Shown: piece after piece, positions 8,507 to 17,801 of the stretch
Layout: every line of letters begins with the position of its first letter
Numbering within the stretch: the first letter of the stretch is position 1
Origin: Ignicoccus hospitalis KIN4/I
GTDB taxonomy: Archaea; Thermoproteota; Thermoprotei_A; Sulfolobales; Ignicoccaceae
DNA length: 32,000 bases
Direction: 5' to 3'
Assembly (NCBI RefSeq): GCF_000017945.1
Contig: NC_009776.1
Span: 690,001-722,000, forward strand
Program-made: the position numbers and the translations under genes
The notes under the pieces: model-generated
Told to the model about the DNA's origin: nothing
What the model saw: only the letters and a program-made list of their open reading frames with translations
Database searches by the model: none

Positions 8507-9162
8507 AGGCGGCCGTGTTGACCTCCGGAGGCAAGGACAGTAACTACGCCGCTCACTGGGCGGCGCTTCACGGCTTCGAAATATGTTGTTTGCTAACCCT
8601 TAAGCCTCCCGAGGACTCCGAGCTCCTCCAGTTCAGCGCGGTAGAGACAGTGGGCTTACAAGCCAAGGCGATGGGCGTCGAGTGGATCTTCGAGGAGGGG
8701 GAAGAGGGCGCGGTAAGGGACCTAATGGTCGCGGCCCGAGAGCGGGGGGCGAGCTACTTGGTCTCGGGGGCCTTGCTTTCCGACTACCAGAGGCAGCGCT
8801 TAGGGTACTTCGCGAAGGAAGCGGGCCTCGTTCCGGTCAACCCCCTCTGGAGGGTAGACCAAGAGAAGTACATGAGGATGCTCATTAGACACGGCTTCGA
8901 GTTCATCCTAGTGAGGGTCGCCGCCGAAGGCTTGGGGCCGGAGTTCCTAGGAAGGGTAATAACTGCTGAAGACGTAGAGGAAATAATAAGGCGCGCGAGG
9001 AGGTACGGCTTCAACCCAGCCTTCGAGGGCGGCGAGGCGGAAACGCTGGTATTGAGAGCTCCTTTATATAAAAAGAAGATATACGTTGAAGGCGAAGTAG
9101 TCAAGAGGGGACCCGGGGACTGGGTATACGTAATTAGGAGGGCCGAATTAAGAGATCTATAA
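8485..9162 (+). CDS. dph6: Diphthine-ammonia ligase (diphthamide synthase, MJ0570-type PP-loop ATPase)
   Basis: [15 protein letters not shown] (PP-loop), [16 protein letters not shown] and [10 protein letters not shown] are family signatures. The start is TTG 8485 or GTG 8515. Confidence 0.85.
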   Translation: MGSGGPLKAAVLTSGGKDSNYAAHWAALHGFEICCLLTLKPPEDSELLQFSAVETVGLQAKAMGVEWIFEEGEEGAVRDLMVAARERGASYLVSGALLSDYQRQRLGYFAKEAGLVPVNPLWRVDQEKYMRMLIRHGFEFILVRVAAEGLGPEFLGRVITAEDVEEIIRRARRYGFNPAFEGGEAETLVLRAPLYKKKIYVEGEVVKRGPGDWVYVIRRAELRDL

Positions 9163-9194
9163 AAACAGCCCCTCGGAGCGTCGCGAGGGACCAA

Positions 9195-9800
9195 ATGAAG
9201 TACTTACTCGACACCATGAGGGAAATTGCCACATTTATATACTTCGCGAGCAAGATGTTGAAGGAGCATCAGGTTGAAGAGTTCACGAACTTGTTAGTGA
9301 AGATCTATAACACTCCCAACAGTAAGGTATTAGTAATGGGAGCCGGTCGCAGCGGCCTAGTGGCTAGGGCCTTTGCTATGAGGTTGATGCACCTAGGTTA
9401 CAACGCTTACGTGCTGGGGGACACCATAGTTCCTAGCGTGAGAGAGGGGGACGTGGTAATTGCCATCTCTGGCTCGGGGAGCACCAAGCTCGTGTTGGCC
9501 GCGGCCGAGGCGGCCAAGCAAGTGGGGGCGACAGTTGTGGTCCTCACCAGCTACCCCAACTCCCCCTTAGGGAAGTTGGCCGACGTAGTGGTGGAAATAC
9601 CCGGGAGGACTAAGTTGTCGAAATCGCAAGACTACTTCTCCCGCCAGATCCTCGGCCAGCACGAGCCCCTCGCCCCACTCGGAACGCTCTTCGAGATAAC
9701 GGTCCAAGCCTTCTTGGACAGCTTGGTGGTAGAGCTCATGAACAGGCTGGGTAAGAGCGAGGAAGACTTAAGAATGCAGCACGCCAACATAGAGCTGTGA
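9195..9800 (+). CDS. hxlB: 6-phospho-3-hexuloisomerase (SIS domain)
   Basis: [33 protein letters not shown]...[14 protein letters not shown] is the typical PHI/SIS pattern. ATG start. Confidence 0.8.
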   Translation: MKYLLDTMREIATFIYFASKMLKEHQVEEFTNLLVKIYNTPNSKVLVMGAGRSGLVARAFAMRLMHLGYNAYVLGDTIVPSVREGDVVIAISGSGSTKLVLAAAEAAKQVGATVVVLTSYPNSPLGKLADVVVEIPGRTKLSKSQDYFSRQILGQHEPLAPLGTLFEITVQAFLDSLVVELMNRLGKSEEDLRMQHANIEL

Positions 9801-10654
9801 GGTTCGAGGTACTGAGGGAGTTCGACCCGTGGAACGGGCCCTTGTGCACGTGTCCTAGGAAGTACAGCCTCCAACCGTATACCGGTTGTCCGTTTTCCTG
9901 CCTTTACTGTTACGCGACGTCCTATATAGGGAAGAAGTTCTACCCCAAAAAGAACTTCTTGGAGAGGCTCGAGTGCGACTTGAGGAAGGCCGATAGATCA
10001 AAGGTGATAAACGTGTCTACTTCCAGCGACCCCTACCCGCCTATAGAGGAGAGGCTGGAGCTCACCAGGGGAGCGTTGAAACTCATCAGGGACTACGGCT
10101 TCAAGGTCCTCATAACGACGAAGGGGGTGCTCTTCGAGAGGGACGCGGATTTAATTGAAGGGATCGGGGCGATAATGGTTACGATAACTACCTTGGACGA
10201 GGAGTTGGCCAGAGTTATGGAGCCGGGCGCCCCCTCCCCCCTGGAGAGGCTCGAGGCCATCAAGAGGGTCTCGCACAGAGTTCCGGTAGGGGTCAGAATA
10301 GACCCGGTGGTCCCCGGGGTAAACGACTCGGAGGACGACATCAAAGAGATGTTGAAGTTGTTGAAAAACGCTGGCGTAAAACACGTGACGACGTCAACTT
10401 ACAAGGCGAAGCCGGACAACTTGAAAAGGATGACTAAGGCCTTCCCGCATTTGAAGGAGTTGTACAAGAGCGCCGTAAAGGTTGGGGGTTACCTCTACTT
10501 GCCCGAGGAGCTCAGACGTGAGCTCTTGAGGCCCGTGGCCGAGGGGGCCAAGAGGTTGGGCATGAGCTATGCTTTCTGTAGGGAAGGTTTCCCCTTCGAG
10601 GCGCCCTCTTGCGACGGCTCTCACTTGATACCTAGCAAGCACTTGCCCTCGTAG
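9797..10654 (+). CDS. Radical SAM protein (SplB / DNA-photolyase-like, COG1533-type)
   Basis: [10 protein letters not shown] is a CX3CX2C cluster motif near the N-terminus, followed by a TIM-barrel-like alternation. The GTG start overlaps the upstream stop (GTGA). Confidence 0.8.
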   Translation: MRFEVLREFDPWNGPLCTCPRKYSLQPYTGCPFSCLYCYATSYIGKKFYPKKNFLERLECDLRKADRSKVINVSTSSDPYPPIEERLELTRGALKLIRDYGFKVLITTKGVLFERDADLIEGIGAIMVTITTLDEELARVMEPGAPSPLERLEAIKRVSHRVPVGVRIDPVVPGVNDSEDDIKEMLKLLKNAGVKHVTTSTYKAKPDNLKRMTKAFPHLKELYKSAVKVGGYLYLPEELRRELLRPVAEGAKRLGMSYAFCREGFPFEAPSCDGSHLIPSKHLPS

Positions 10655-10944
10655 TTACAAGGGCAGGCCGCACAAGCGCTTTCCTTGGGACACTTCTTCG
10701 GTATGGACGCTCCTTCCTCTAGCCTTTTGATTACGTACTCGAGCACTTCTACGCCCAACTTCCCGGCCCTCACCAGACACTTCTGAATAGCGTCCAGCTG
10801 CGCGAGCCCTTCTCTAAATAGGGAGCATTCCTTCCACCTCTTTGTATGTAGGCCCAAGAAGTCCGGGTAGGCCCTCCCGTCTACCAGACACAAGTACATC
10901 AACTTGTTCAGCTTCCTAGCGAAGGGGCACTGTTCGCCGTCCAT
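10621..10944 (-). CDS. Cys-rich hypothetical protein
   Basis: 107-aa ORF with an ATG start. The C-terminus [20 protein letters not shown] suggests metal binding. Convergent with the radical SAM gene and overlapping it by 34 nt. Confidence 0.45.
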   Translation of the reverse strand: MDGEQCPFARKLNKLMYLCLVDGRAYPDFLGLHTKRWKECSLFREGLAQLDAIQKCLVRAGKLGVEVLEYVIKRLEEGASIPKKCPKESACAACPCNYEGKCLLGIK

Positions 10945-11011
10945 GGCGAGTTCACCTTAACTCCCCGAGCCGTGTGGCCTTCCGGGGTAAGGCATTAAGA
11001 GAATTCTACAT

Positions 11012-11680
11012 GTGATAATGGCTTATTCGGCCCTCGAGCTGGTGCCCAGAGAGATAGCCGGACACCCGGAGGTCAGAAAGTACGCGGAGAGGAGGAACAA
11101 GCCGCCAACCAAAGTGATCTTGGACAAGAGTTACCATTACCACGCTATGAGCAAGCTGAAGGATAAGGAGAACAGGGGGAGGCCGGACATAGTTTTCATG
11201 TTCCTCGCAGCGGCGCTCTCCTCGCCGCTCAACCTCAGAGGGATGTTGAGGGTTTACGTCCACACTAGGGATGACTTGGTAATATTTGTAAACCCTAAGA
11301 TGAAGCCCATTAGAAGCTACGAGAGGTTCCTAGGGATAATGGAACAGCTGTTCGAGGAAGGGAGAGTTCCCCCGGACAGCGAAGAGCCCATGCTGGAGAT
11401 AAAAAATATGAACCTTAGGTACTTGGTAAAGAAGGTCATAGGAAGTGAAGGGATTATCTTGATGGATCCCAACGCCCCTTTGGTAAGTCCAAAGGGGGTT
11501 GCTGAAGAGGCTAAGGAACTGCCCGTGGTGGTGGGGGGCTTCCCCCGAGGGGACTTCGGCTTAGACGCTTACAAGTTGGCCAAGAGGAGGTATTACATAT
11601 TCCCGACGATTCTCGACCACTGGCTGGTAGCGGACCGAATTATAGCCTCCTTCGAAGAGCTGGCGGGGATATATCAGTGA
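11012..11680 (+). CDS. nep1: rRNA small-subunit pseudouridine methyltransferase Nep1/Emg1
   Basis: ALELVPREIAGHPEVRKYAERRNKPP..ILDKSYHYHAM...NRGRPDIVFMFLAAALSSPLN...VYVHT matches Nep1 (SPOUT) motifs. Confidence 0.9.
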   Translation: MIMAYSALELVPREIAGHPEVRKYAERRNKPPTKVILDKSYHYHAMSKLKDKENRGRPDIVFMFLAAALSSPLNLRGMLRVYVHTRDDLVIFVNPKMKPIRSYERFLGIMEQLFEEGRVPPDSEEPMLEIKNMNLRYLVKKVIGSEGIILMDPNAPLVSPKGVAEEAKELPVVVGGFPRGDFGLDAYKLAKRRYYIFPTILDHWLVADRIIASFEELAGIYQ

Positions 11681-12126
11681 ACGTGACAGAGATCGTAATT
11701 GCATTGTTAGTAGTGATAGCTTCAGTAGCAGTAGGCTACTTCGACGCTTTAACATTCGGAGGCTCGATAAACGTACTGAACCCCGCAACGGCCTTTGCGG
11801 CCGTAGTGGCTTTCGTATTGATAGTGGTGTACGATAAAAGCTACGGAAGGCTTTACGAGACCGTTACGAAGGCCAGCGTACTCGCCGCGGTGGTGTTGGA
11901 CGCGTTAAGGGTAATCAGCTTGACTGGGGGCCTAATGGTGCCGAAGGCTTTGAAATTGGCGCTTACGTGGTTAGGCCCGCTTTGGATAGAGACGAAGGAC
12001 ATAATCTTGTTCGCGACCAGGCCGGAGGCAATAGGGCCCGAAGCGTTTACGGCTAAGGCGTTGGCCCTCGACCCCGTTCCCTTTATAGTGTTGGGCTACT
12101 ACTTCCTCGTCCGCCGGAAGTCGTGA
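11677..12126 (+). CDS. Integral membrane protein, hypothetical
   Basis: 149 aa with about 4 hydrophobic helices. The GTG start overlaps the nep1 stop (GTGA). Confidence 0.55.
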   Translation: MNVTEIVIALLVVIASVAVGYFDALTFGGSINVLNPATAFAAVVAFVLIVVYDKSYGRLYETVTKASVLAAVVLDALRVISLTGGLMVPKALKLALTWLGPLWIETKDIILFATRPEAIGPEAFTAKALALDPVPFIVLGYYFLVRRKS

Positions 12127-12130
12127 AAAC

Positions 12131-12138
12131 TTATAAGA
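12131..12138 (+). promoter_or_regulatory. TATA box for tRNA-Glu
   Basis: ttataaga is centred about 30 nt upstream of the mature tRNA 5' end. Confidence 0.5.
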
Positions 12139-12164
12139 CGGATGACTTCCCCTGTGGCCGGAGG

Positions 12165-12242
12165 GCCGCCGTAGTATAGCCCGGCCAAGTATGCGGGCCT
12201 TTCAAGCCCGTGACCCGGGTTCAAATCCCGGCGGCGGCACCA
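12165..12242 (+). tRNA. tRNA-Glu: tRNA-Glu (anticodon UUC), no intron, CCA encoded
   Basis: Hand-folded cloverleaf. Acceptor GCCGCCG/CGGCGGC. D-stem GTAT/GTAT with two G-U pairs. Anticodon stem CGGGC/GCCCG with loop CTTTCAA. 4-nt variable loop. T-arm CCGGG-TTCAAAT-CCCGG. Discriminator A followed by CCA. Confidence 0.9.
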
Positions 12243-12323
12243 AAACCTCAAATCCCACCAGAGGCCTTAATCCACGGACTCCGGGAAGCTGGGAGCCTTA
12301 AGCTCGCGCCCCCCGCTGAGAGG

Positions 12324-12332
12324 CTTTAAATC
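12324..12332 (+). promoter_or_regulatory. TATA box for the rpl37ae cluster
   Basis: ctttaaatc lies about 30-36 nt upstream of ATG 12361, implying a short or absent leader. Confidence 0.5.
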
Positions 12333-12360
12333 TCCCTCACAAGGGGCGCGGGGGAACGGT

Positions 12361-12624
12361 ATGGGTAAGAGGACCAAAGTGGTAGGCATAGCCGGCCGGT
12401 TCGGGGCTAGGTACGGCTCCACCTTGAGGAAGCAGTGGAAGCAAGTTATGGAGGCCCGCTACGCTCCCCACACTTGTCCTTACTGTGGGATAAAGGGATA
12501 CGTGAAGAGGATCGCCGTGGGGCTCTGGAAGTGCGAGAAGTGCGGCAGAGTCTTCGCGGGGGCGGCTTACGTGCCGGTCTCCGGCCTCAACAAGGCTTGG
12601 GGAGCTAAGCCGGAAAGGAGGTAA
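12361..12624 (+). CDS. rpl37ae: 50S ribosomal protein L37Ae (L43e)
   Basis: MGKRTKVVGIAGRFGARYGSTLRK...HTCPYCG...WKCEKCG shows the canonical L37Ae zinc ribbon. Confidence 0.95.
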   Translation: MGKRTKVVGIAGRFGARYGSTLRKQWKQVMEARYAPHTCPYCGIKGYVKRIAVGLWKCEKCGRVFAGAAYVPVSGLNKAWGAKPERR

Positions 12625-12630
12625 GACTTT

Positions 12631-13173
12631 TTGAAGGTTTTAATAACTACAGCCTACTCGCCCTCTCCGAGGACCAGGACGTTCGTCAAAGACTTGGTCT
12701 CAGTGCTCCCCGGCTCCTCTAAGCTTAGCAGAGGAAAGATATCAATGGAGCTCTTAGGAGCAATAGCGGCCGACGAGGGGGCCGACAAGGTAATAATAGT
12801 TAAAGAGTACCACGGGAACCCCTCCTCCCTAGAGGTCTACGACGTCGTGGACGCGGAGCTGGTGCCGAGGGGAACGATAAAGCTCAAGGGGGTGACCCTC
12901 TCGTCCGAAAGGGGTAAGAGAGTATACAATGCGAGGAAGGTAGGCATTAGGGCTTACTCTCTCATCCCCGAGGCCCAAGAAATGGCTGAGAAGCTTTCGG
13001 AGCTGTTGGGTTTGCCGTTAATAGAGAAGGAAGAAGAGGCGAGCGAGTACGACTTGATACTGGACGTAGAGCCGCACGAAGCGGGCTTCGAAGTGATCTT
13101 CAGGACGCCGGGGTCGCGCGCCCCGGTGGGCCCCTCTTTGAGGGTGAGGGAAGTTGTGGAGGGGGAGGGCTGA
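12631..13173 (+). CDS. Brix-domain (Imp4-like) ribosome biogenesis protein
   Basis: MKVLITTAYSPSPRTRTFVKDL matches the Brix N-terminus. The position between rpl37ae and pcc1 matches the conserved archaeal gene order. TTG start. Confidence 0.75.
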   Translation: MKVLITTAYSPSPRTRTFVKDLVSVLPGSSKLSRGKISMELLGAIAADEGADKVIIVKEYHGNPSSLEVYDVVDAELVPRGTIKLKGVTLSSERGKRVYNARKVGIRAYSLIPEAQEMAEKLSELLGLPLIEKEEEASEYDLILDVEPHEAGFEVIFRTPGSRAPVGPSLRVREVVEGEG

Positions 13174-13393
13174 GATAGAGCTAGACGGGCCTTGCTCCGA
13201 GGCAGTCTTAAAGGCGTTGAAGAGGGAAGTACTCGACCCACCCTCAGAGAGGAGAGTCAGGATATACATGACGGATAATAAGATAACGATAGAGGCTGAG
13301 GACTTGAGGGCCCTCAGGGCGACGTTGAACTCCTTCCTCTATTGGATTTATGCGGCTTGTGAGAGCCTCTCCCAGCTCTTAAGTCTTCCTTAG
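13154..13393 (+). CDS. pcc1: KEOPS complex subunit Pcc1
   Basis: EIELDGPCSEAVLKALKREV...ITIEAEDLRALRATLNSFLYWI resembles the Pcc1/CTAG signature (A.D..alRa.lNs.lrw). Small protein located downstream of Brix. Confidence 0.7.
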   Translation: MWRGRAEIELDGPCSEAVLKALKREVLDPPSERRVRIYMTDNKITIEAEDLRALRATLNSFLYWIYAACESLSQLLSLP

Positions 13394-13412
13394 GCGGGCC
13401 TAAAGGAGAGCC

Positions 13413-14177
13413 ATGTTCGTGGTGTTCGCCGGGACGGCCGGCTCGGGCAAGAGCAGCCTGGTGGCCTCCTTCAGTGACTGGATAAGGAAAGAGGTCGGCT
13501 TGAAGATATCAGTGGTTAATTTGGACCCGGGCGCCGAGGCCCTCCCTTACCAGCCGGACTTCGACATACGCCAACTGTTCACCATTAGGGAAATAATGCA
13601 GAAGTACGGGCTGGGGCCCAACGGCGCCTTCTTAAAGGCGGCCGAACTGTTGGGAGAATATTCCAGAGAGATAATTAGGCATAAGGTGTTCAGAAGCTTC
13701 TCCGACTACATTTTGATAGATACGCCGGGCCAGCTAGAGATGTTCTTGTTTAGGCCTGAAGGTACGCAGTTCTTGAAGAAGCTGGAGAGGCTGAGGCCAG
13801 TACTGATAGTCTACATAGTGGACGGCTCCTTGGCTCCCCACCCGGAGGACTTGCTAACGAGCTACATGTTGAGCTTAATGCTCCAAGCTAAGTCAGAGCT
13901 CCAAGTGGTCACTGTGATAAATAAGGTCGACTTAGTAAGCGAGGAAGACATGAAAACCATTAGGTTGCTCATAGAGAACCCCGAGGAGTTCGCCAAGTCT
14001 GTGGCTGACAAGGTGGGAGGGATAGCCGGCGATATGATAATGGACTTGATAAAGATAGTTGAGATGTACGCCCCTCCGGAGAGGGCTATACTGGTCTCCG
14101 CGAAGACTAAGGAAGGCTTGAGGGAGTTGTACGACCTCGTCCACGAGGTCTACTGTAGTTGTGGAGACCTTACTTGA
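13413..14177 (+). CDS. GPN-loop GTPase
   Basis: GTAGSGKSS (P-loop), GPNGA (GPN motif), DTPGQLE (G3) and NKVD (G4). Confidence 0.9.
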   Translation: MFVVFAGTAGSGKSSLVASFSDWIRKEVGLKISVVNLDPGAEALPYQPDFDIRQLFTIREIMQKYGLGPNGAFLKAAELLGEYSREIIRHKVFRSFSDYILIDTPGQLEMFLFRPEGTQFLKKLERLRPVLIVYIVDGSLAPHPEDLLTSYMLSLMLQAKSELQVVTVINKVDLVSEEDMKTIRLLIENPEEFAKSVADKVGGIAGDMIMDLIKIVEMYAPPERAILVSAKTKEGLRELYDLVHEVYCSCGDLT

Positions 14178-14280
14178 AGCGTCGCCAGCCTTTGGCCCCT
14201 CGTCACCCCTCAGCTCCTGCGTGGCCGCTCATCCGCCTCTCGATTAATCTTCCCGCCTCGACCGCTACTTAGAGGTTCGG

Positions 14281-15381
14281 GTGAAGGACACGCCCTTCGC
14301 AAAAGTAACCGAGGAGTTGATAGAATACTTAAAGATGAGGTGGTTGGGCTTCGAAGGGGAAGGGGAGTTCGCCCGCTACTGGAACGGCGAGCCCATCATC
14401 TTCGAGGGGGAACTGGAGGGGTGGCTGAAGAGGTTCCCGTGGGCGAGGACCGTCTACGCGAGCGCCGACCTATATCGGGGCAAGGAGAGGCTCGCCTCCG
14501 ACGTAGTTCTGAAGGTTAGGCCCGACGCGTGGGAGGCCGTGGCTAGGGCCGTCAAACGCGAGGGAGCGTCCCCGTGGTTCTTGAGCAACTCCTCCGAGGT
14601 CTACGTCTTGGTCAGCAGGAAGTGTTTCAGCTCCCTCAAGAGGGTCACCCCCTCCTACGTGGCCCGTAAGCTGGCGGAGGAGGCGGGGCTGGAGGTCTTC
14701 TACGAGGCGTTGACCGTCGAGAGGTTCCCGCCGGCGCCTTACACGTACTCCAGCTCCGGGCCCTTCCTCCCCTTGAGGAGACCCAACGAGGAAGCGATTG
14801 ACGTGTGTGAAGGAAGTTTAGAGGAGTTCGTTAAACGGTGTGAGGAGGGCGCGCCCCGGGAGTTCGCCCACCCCGGGCGCTTCCCAGTAATGGCCCTCTT
14901 GCAAGCCGTCAGATACTACTTGGTTATGGGTAACTTAATGAAGGCGCTGAGCTTCGGCTTAAACAGGGCGATATTTTACGCTTGGTTGAAGTACTACTAC
15001 AACCCTAGGTCCGCGAGGAGGCCGCCGGGCTACGACGAAAAGGTCCTAAAGAAGATAGAGAAGCTTCGCCCCTTGAGCCCTCTGAAGGACAAGGCCCCGC
15101 TGTGCGGGGAGTGGTTCTGCATGGGAGACAAGCCCCAAAGGCCAGAGGACTTCTACGCTCAAGTGTGGAGGCGCTTCGAGCGCTCCGGGTTGCCGTTCGA
15201 AATAGCTTGGGACAAGGCCTTGGATTACGTCTCAAGCTTCCCTTACTCGGTACTCATAAATCCTAACTCCTTCTTCAAGTTAGTATACGAACCGGTGAGG
15301 GACGACTTCTCGCGCGTAATAGAGCATAAAGCGCGTCGGCGCGCCACGCTCTCGGACTTCTTCCAACGGGGCTCCCGATGA
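14281..15381 (+). CDS. Hypothetical protein (366 aa)
   Basis: Long ORF with genome-typical composition and a GTG start. No secure motif. Four Cys (VCEGS, KRCEEG, PLCGEWFC) and HPGRFPVMALL weakly recall the primase large-subunit Fe-S domain; this is unverified. Confidence 0.55.
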   Translation: MKDTPFAKVTEELIEYLKMRWLGFEGEGEFARYWNGEPIIFEGELEGWLKRFPWARTVYASADLYRGKERLASDVVLKVRPDAWEAVARAVKREGASPWFLSNSSEVYVLVSRKCFSSLKRVTPSYVARKLAEEAGLEVFYEALTVERFPPAPYTYSSSGPFLPLRRPNEEAIDVCEGSLEEFVKRCEEGAPREFAHPGRFPVMALLQAVRYYLVMGNLMKALSFGLNRAIFYAWLKYYYNPRSARRPPGYDEKVLKKIEKLRPLSPLKDKAPLCGEWFCMGDKPQRPEDFYAQVWRRFERSGLPFEIAWDKALDYVSSFPYSVLINPNSFFKLVYEPVRDDFSRVIEHKARRRATLSDFFQRGSR

Positions 15382-15478
15382 GGAAGGTAAAGCGGTCGCC
15401 GAGGCGGTGAGGTAACTCCCATGGACCGAGGAAAAGGGTTTTTGACCGTCCGTCTGTCATAGTTTATGGTCGGAAACC

Positions 15479-15658
15479 GTGAGGAAGAGGGGCATTACGT
15501 TGCAAGACGCCCTCACTATAGTTATGATACTGTGGCTGAGCTTGAGCATACTGGCGCTGTTAATAGACATATACTTGGCGTTGCACCATATAAGCAAGGG
15601 GAACTATAACATAACGATACCCCTAAGAATAGGGATAACGTTGCCCTTAGGTCCTTGA
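15479..15658 (+). CDS. Candidate 59-aa membrane protein with a prepilin-like N-terminus (below the 60-aa track cutoff)
   Basis: My own translation from GTG 15479: MRKRGITLQDALTIVMILWLSLSILALLIDIYLALHHISKGNYNITIPLRIGITLPLGP, with stop at 15656-15658. A basic n-region and G are followed by a hydrophobic stretch of more than 20 aa. Confidence 0.35.
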   Translation: MRKRGITLQDALTIVMILWLSLSILALLIDIYLALHHISKGNYNITIPLRIGITLPLGP

Positions 15659-15665
15659 TATCGCG

Positions 15666-16706
15666 TTATATCGCGTCCAAAAACCTCAACCTTTTGGGTA
15701 TGGGCGGATGGCTCATGAACAGCTCCACAATCGGGTTGGTCCTCTCCGCCTTTAACCTCTCAACTATGTCGTCTATGTCGTAGAACGGCTCAGCGAACGC
15801 GTATATGAACAGCATCTTGGCGGGCGAGTCCACGAAGCGGGCGACTTCCTCCTTAAGGGCTGGGTCGCTCTTCAAGCTCTCGAACGCTAAGTGTATCCTA
15901 GCCAAGGCCCTCTGCATGTTTCTCTTACCGCTTACCTTGGCCCCGTGCAAGTCTGCGTAGTACTCCCTTAACCTGTTGAATTGGAGCAGCACGAAGTTGA
16001 GAGCTATGCCTATTGCTAGAAGCGCCATCCCTACGAACATTAGCGCGCTCCCTTCGTTCCTCTCGTCCCTGCTCGTGGCGCCGGAGAAGAAGCCCCAGTC
16101 TACCAGCACCCTGCCCAAATAGTAGATCAGCATCGGCGCCAGCGACAGCGCCAGTATCAACCAAACATCTCCGTGCCTGTGGTGGCCGAGCTCGTGGCCT
16201 ATGACCGCTTCCAGCTCTTCTTCGGTGGCGACGTTTAGCATGCCCCTCGTTACAGCAACGTACTTCCCTGTCAGGAAGTTACCGTACGCAAAGGCGTTAG
16301 GGATGTTGACGTCAGCGACCAAGGCTTTGGGAGGTTTCTTGAACCCTGCCTTGGCAGCCAACGCCTTTACCATCTCCGCCAGCCTAGGCTCGACTTCCTC
16401 GGCGGGTTTGGTCCGGTACATTATGTTTATCAGCCACGGCGCTATTAGCCATTGTATCACTGCGAAGGCAGTTACAAAGAGCGCGAAGCCCATTAGCGTC
16501 GCGTTGAACCCAATCGTGCTTGCAATTAGGCTGTATCCCGAGTAGAGCAACAAGACGTACGCTAGGAGAGTAAGTCCCATGAACAGCTTCAGCCCTCTTT
16601 CACCCTTGGGGACCTTGTTGATTATCGGAGACAGCCCGACCATCAGTGCTAACACTAGAGCGGTCAGCAGAGGCTCAATGAAGAAGGACGGACCCCACAA
16701 GAACAT
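15666..16706 (-). CDS. htpX: HtpX-like M48 zinc metalloprotease
   Basis: HELGHHRHGD (HExxH) lies between transmembrane helices. The architecture is typical of HtpX, including a C-terminal SHPP motif. Confidence 0.85.
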   Translation of the reverse strand: MFLWGPSFFIEPLLTALVLALMVGLSPIINKVPKGERGLKLFMGLTLLAYVLLLYSGYSLIASTIGFNATLMGFALFVTAFAVIQWLIAPWLINIMYRTKPAEEVEPRLAEMVKALAAKAGFKKPPKALVADVNIPNAFAYGNFLTGKYVAVTRGMLNVATEEELEAVIGHELGHHRHGDVWLILALSLAPMLIYYLGRVLVDWGFFSGATSRDERNEGSALMFVGMALLAIGIALNFVLLQFNRLREYYADLHGAKVSGKRNMQRALARIHLAFESLKSDPALKEEVARFVDSPAKMLFIYAFAEPFYDIDDIVERLKAERTNPIVELFMSHPPIPKRLRFLDAI

Positions 16707-16757
16707 AGCCTTAACGTACCCCGTGCAGGCAAGTGTTTCCCCCCGAGAATTAAAGTT

Positions 16758-17801
16758 TTGCGCATAATGGGGCGGCGGCGAGGCGAATTGTTGGAATACC
16801 TCTTCGGCTTAGTGAGCATGTTGGCCGACTTCGTCTACGAAGGAGGGCGCTCCGCAATACCGGCAGAGATTAGGGACCCCGTAGAGCTGGGGATAATTTC
16901 GGGAACTTCGGAGGGCTTGGGCTACCTATTAAGAGCTTTGAGCGGAGTTATGGCAGATAAGCTAGGAGCCCATTACCTATTCATGTTTCTGGGCTACTCC
17001 CTAGTGGTGGCGTACCCTATAGCGGCGCTGATACCCTCCCTCACTACCTTCCTCGTAGCCGTTGTAGTAGAGAGAATAGGGAAGGCGATAAGGTCGCCGG
17101 CCCGCGACGCCTTAGTAGCGGCCAACGTAGAAGACCCAGGAAAGGCCTTTGCAATAATAGAAGTGATGGATCAAGCGGGGGCGGTTGCCGGTCCCCTGAC
17201 GCTGTTCTTGCTCTCTTCCTACTTCGGGTTGAGGGAGTCAATGGTGGTGTTTTTTATCCCTTATATAATAATGATACTCATACTGTTGAAGTTGAGAAAC
17301 CTCAAGGTAGTTCCTAGGAAGAAGGAGGTGGTGTGGAGCGCCGGCTCGGCAGTGGCCTTCAGCTTCTTAATAGGGGCCTCTTTCGTGCAACCCATACTCT
17401 CAGTCGCTTCGGCGCCTCAGCCCGTTTTGGGCTACGCGCTAGTGATGTTGGTAGACGCGCTGGCGAGCGTACTTATGGGAAAGTTCTTTAGGAAGTTAGT
17501 CTACTTAGCGCCCTTGCTCGCGTTGTCCTCGCTGAGCTTGAAGGATTGGCGCTTCTTACCCTTGGCGGGCGTAGCGATAGCTTACACCGAGGTCGTGGTG
17601 AGGGCGGTGATAGCGGAGGCCGGAGGGGAGGGGAGGCTTTACGGCTTGGCATACGCGGCCCTAGGCTTGGGCTACTTCGTAGGAGGCCTCGTCATGCCTT
17701 CCTTGAGCGAGGCGGAGCTAGCCGTTTACTCCCTCGCGCTCTCGGGCGCGGCTTTGGCCTTCTTACCAAAGAGGGGAGAAAGGCTCATTCCAAAATTATG
17801 A
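16758..17801 (+). CDS. MFS-like permease
   Basis: 347 aa with about 10 hydrophobic helices. The loop ERIGKAIRSPARD loosely resembles MFS motif A. Confidence 0.6.
   Translation: MRIMGRRRGELLEYLFGLVSMLADFVYEGGRSAIPAEIRDPVELGIISGTSEGLGYLLRALSGVMADKLGAHYLFMFLGYSLVVAYPIAALIPSLTTFLVAVVVERIGKAIRSPARDALVAANVEDPGKAFAIIEVMDQAGAVAGPLTLFLLSSYFGLRESMVVFFIPYIIMILILLKLRNLKVVPRKKEVVWSAGSAVAFSFLIGASFVQPILSVASAPQPVLGYALVMLVDALASVLMGKFFRKLVYLAPLLALSSLSLKDWRFLPLAGVAIAYTEVVVRAVIAEAGGEGRLYGLAYAALGLGYFVGGLVMPSLSEAELAVYSLALSGAALAFLPKRGERLIPKL

Noticed and set aside
12243-12323. An 80-nt spacer after tRNA-Glu, considered as a possible ncRNA
   Set aside because: There is no convincing stem-loop or box motifs. It is probably just spacer sequence upstream of the rpl37ae promoter.
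15466-15609. Alternative 47-codon ORF from ATG 15466 (MVGNREEEGHYVARRPHYSYD...)
   Set aside because: Its composition is hydrophilic and not protein-like. The overlapping GTG-initiated frame gives a coherent membrane or pilin-like peptide and is preferred, with low confidence.
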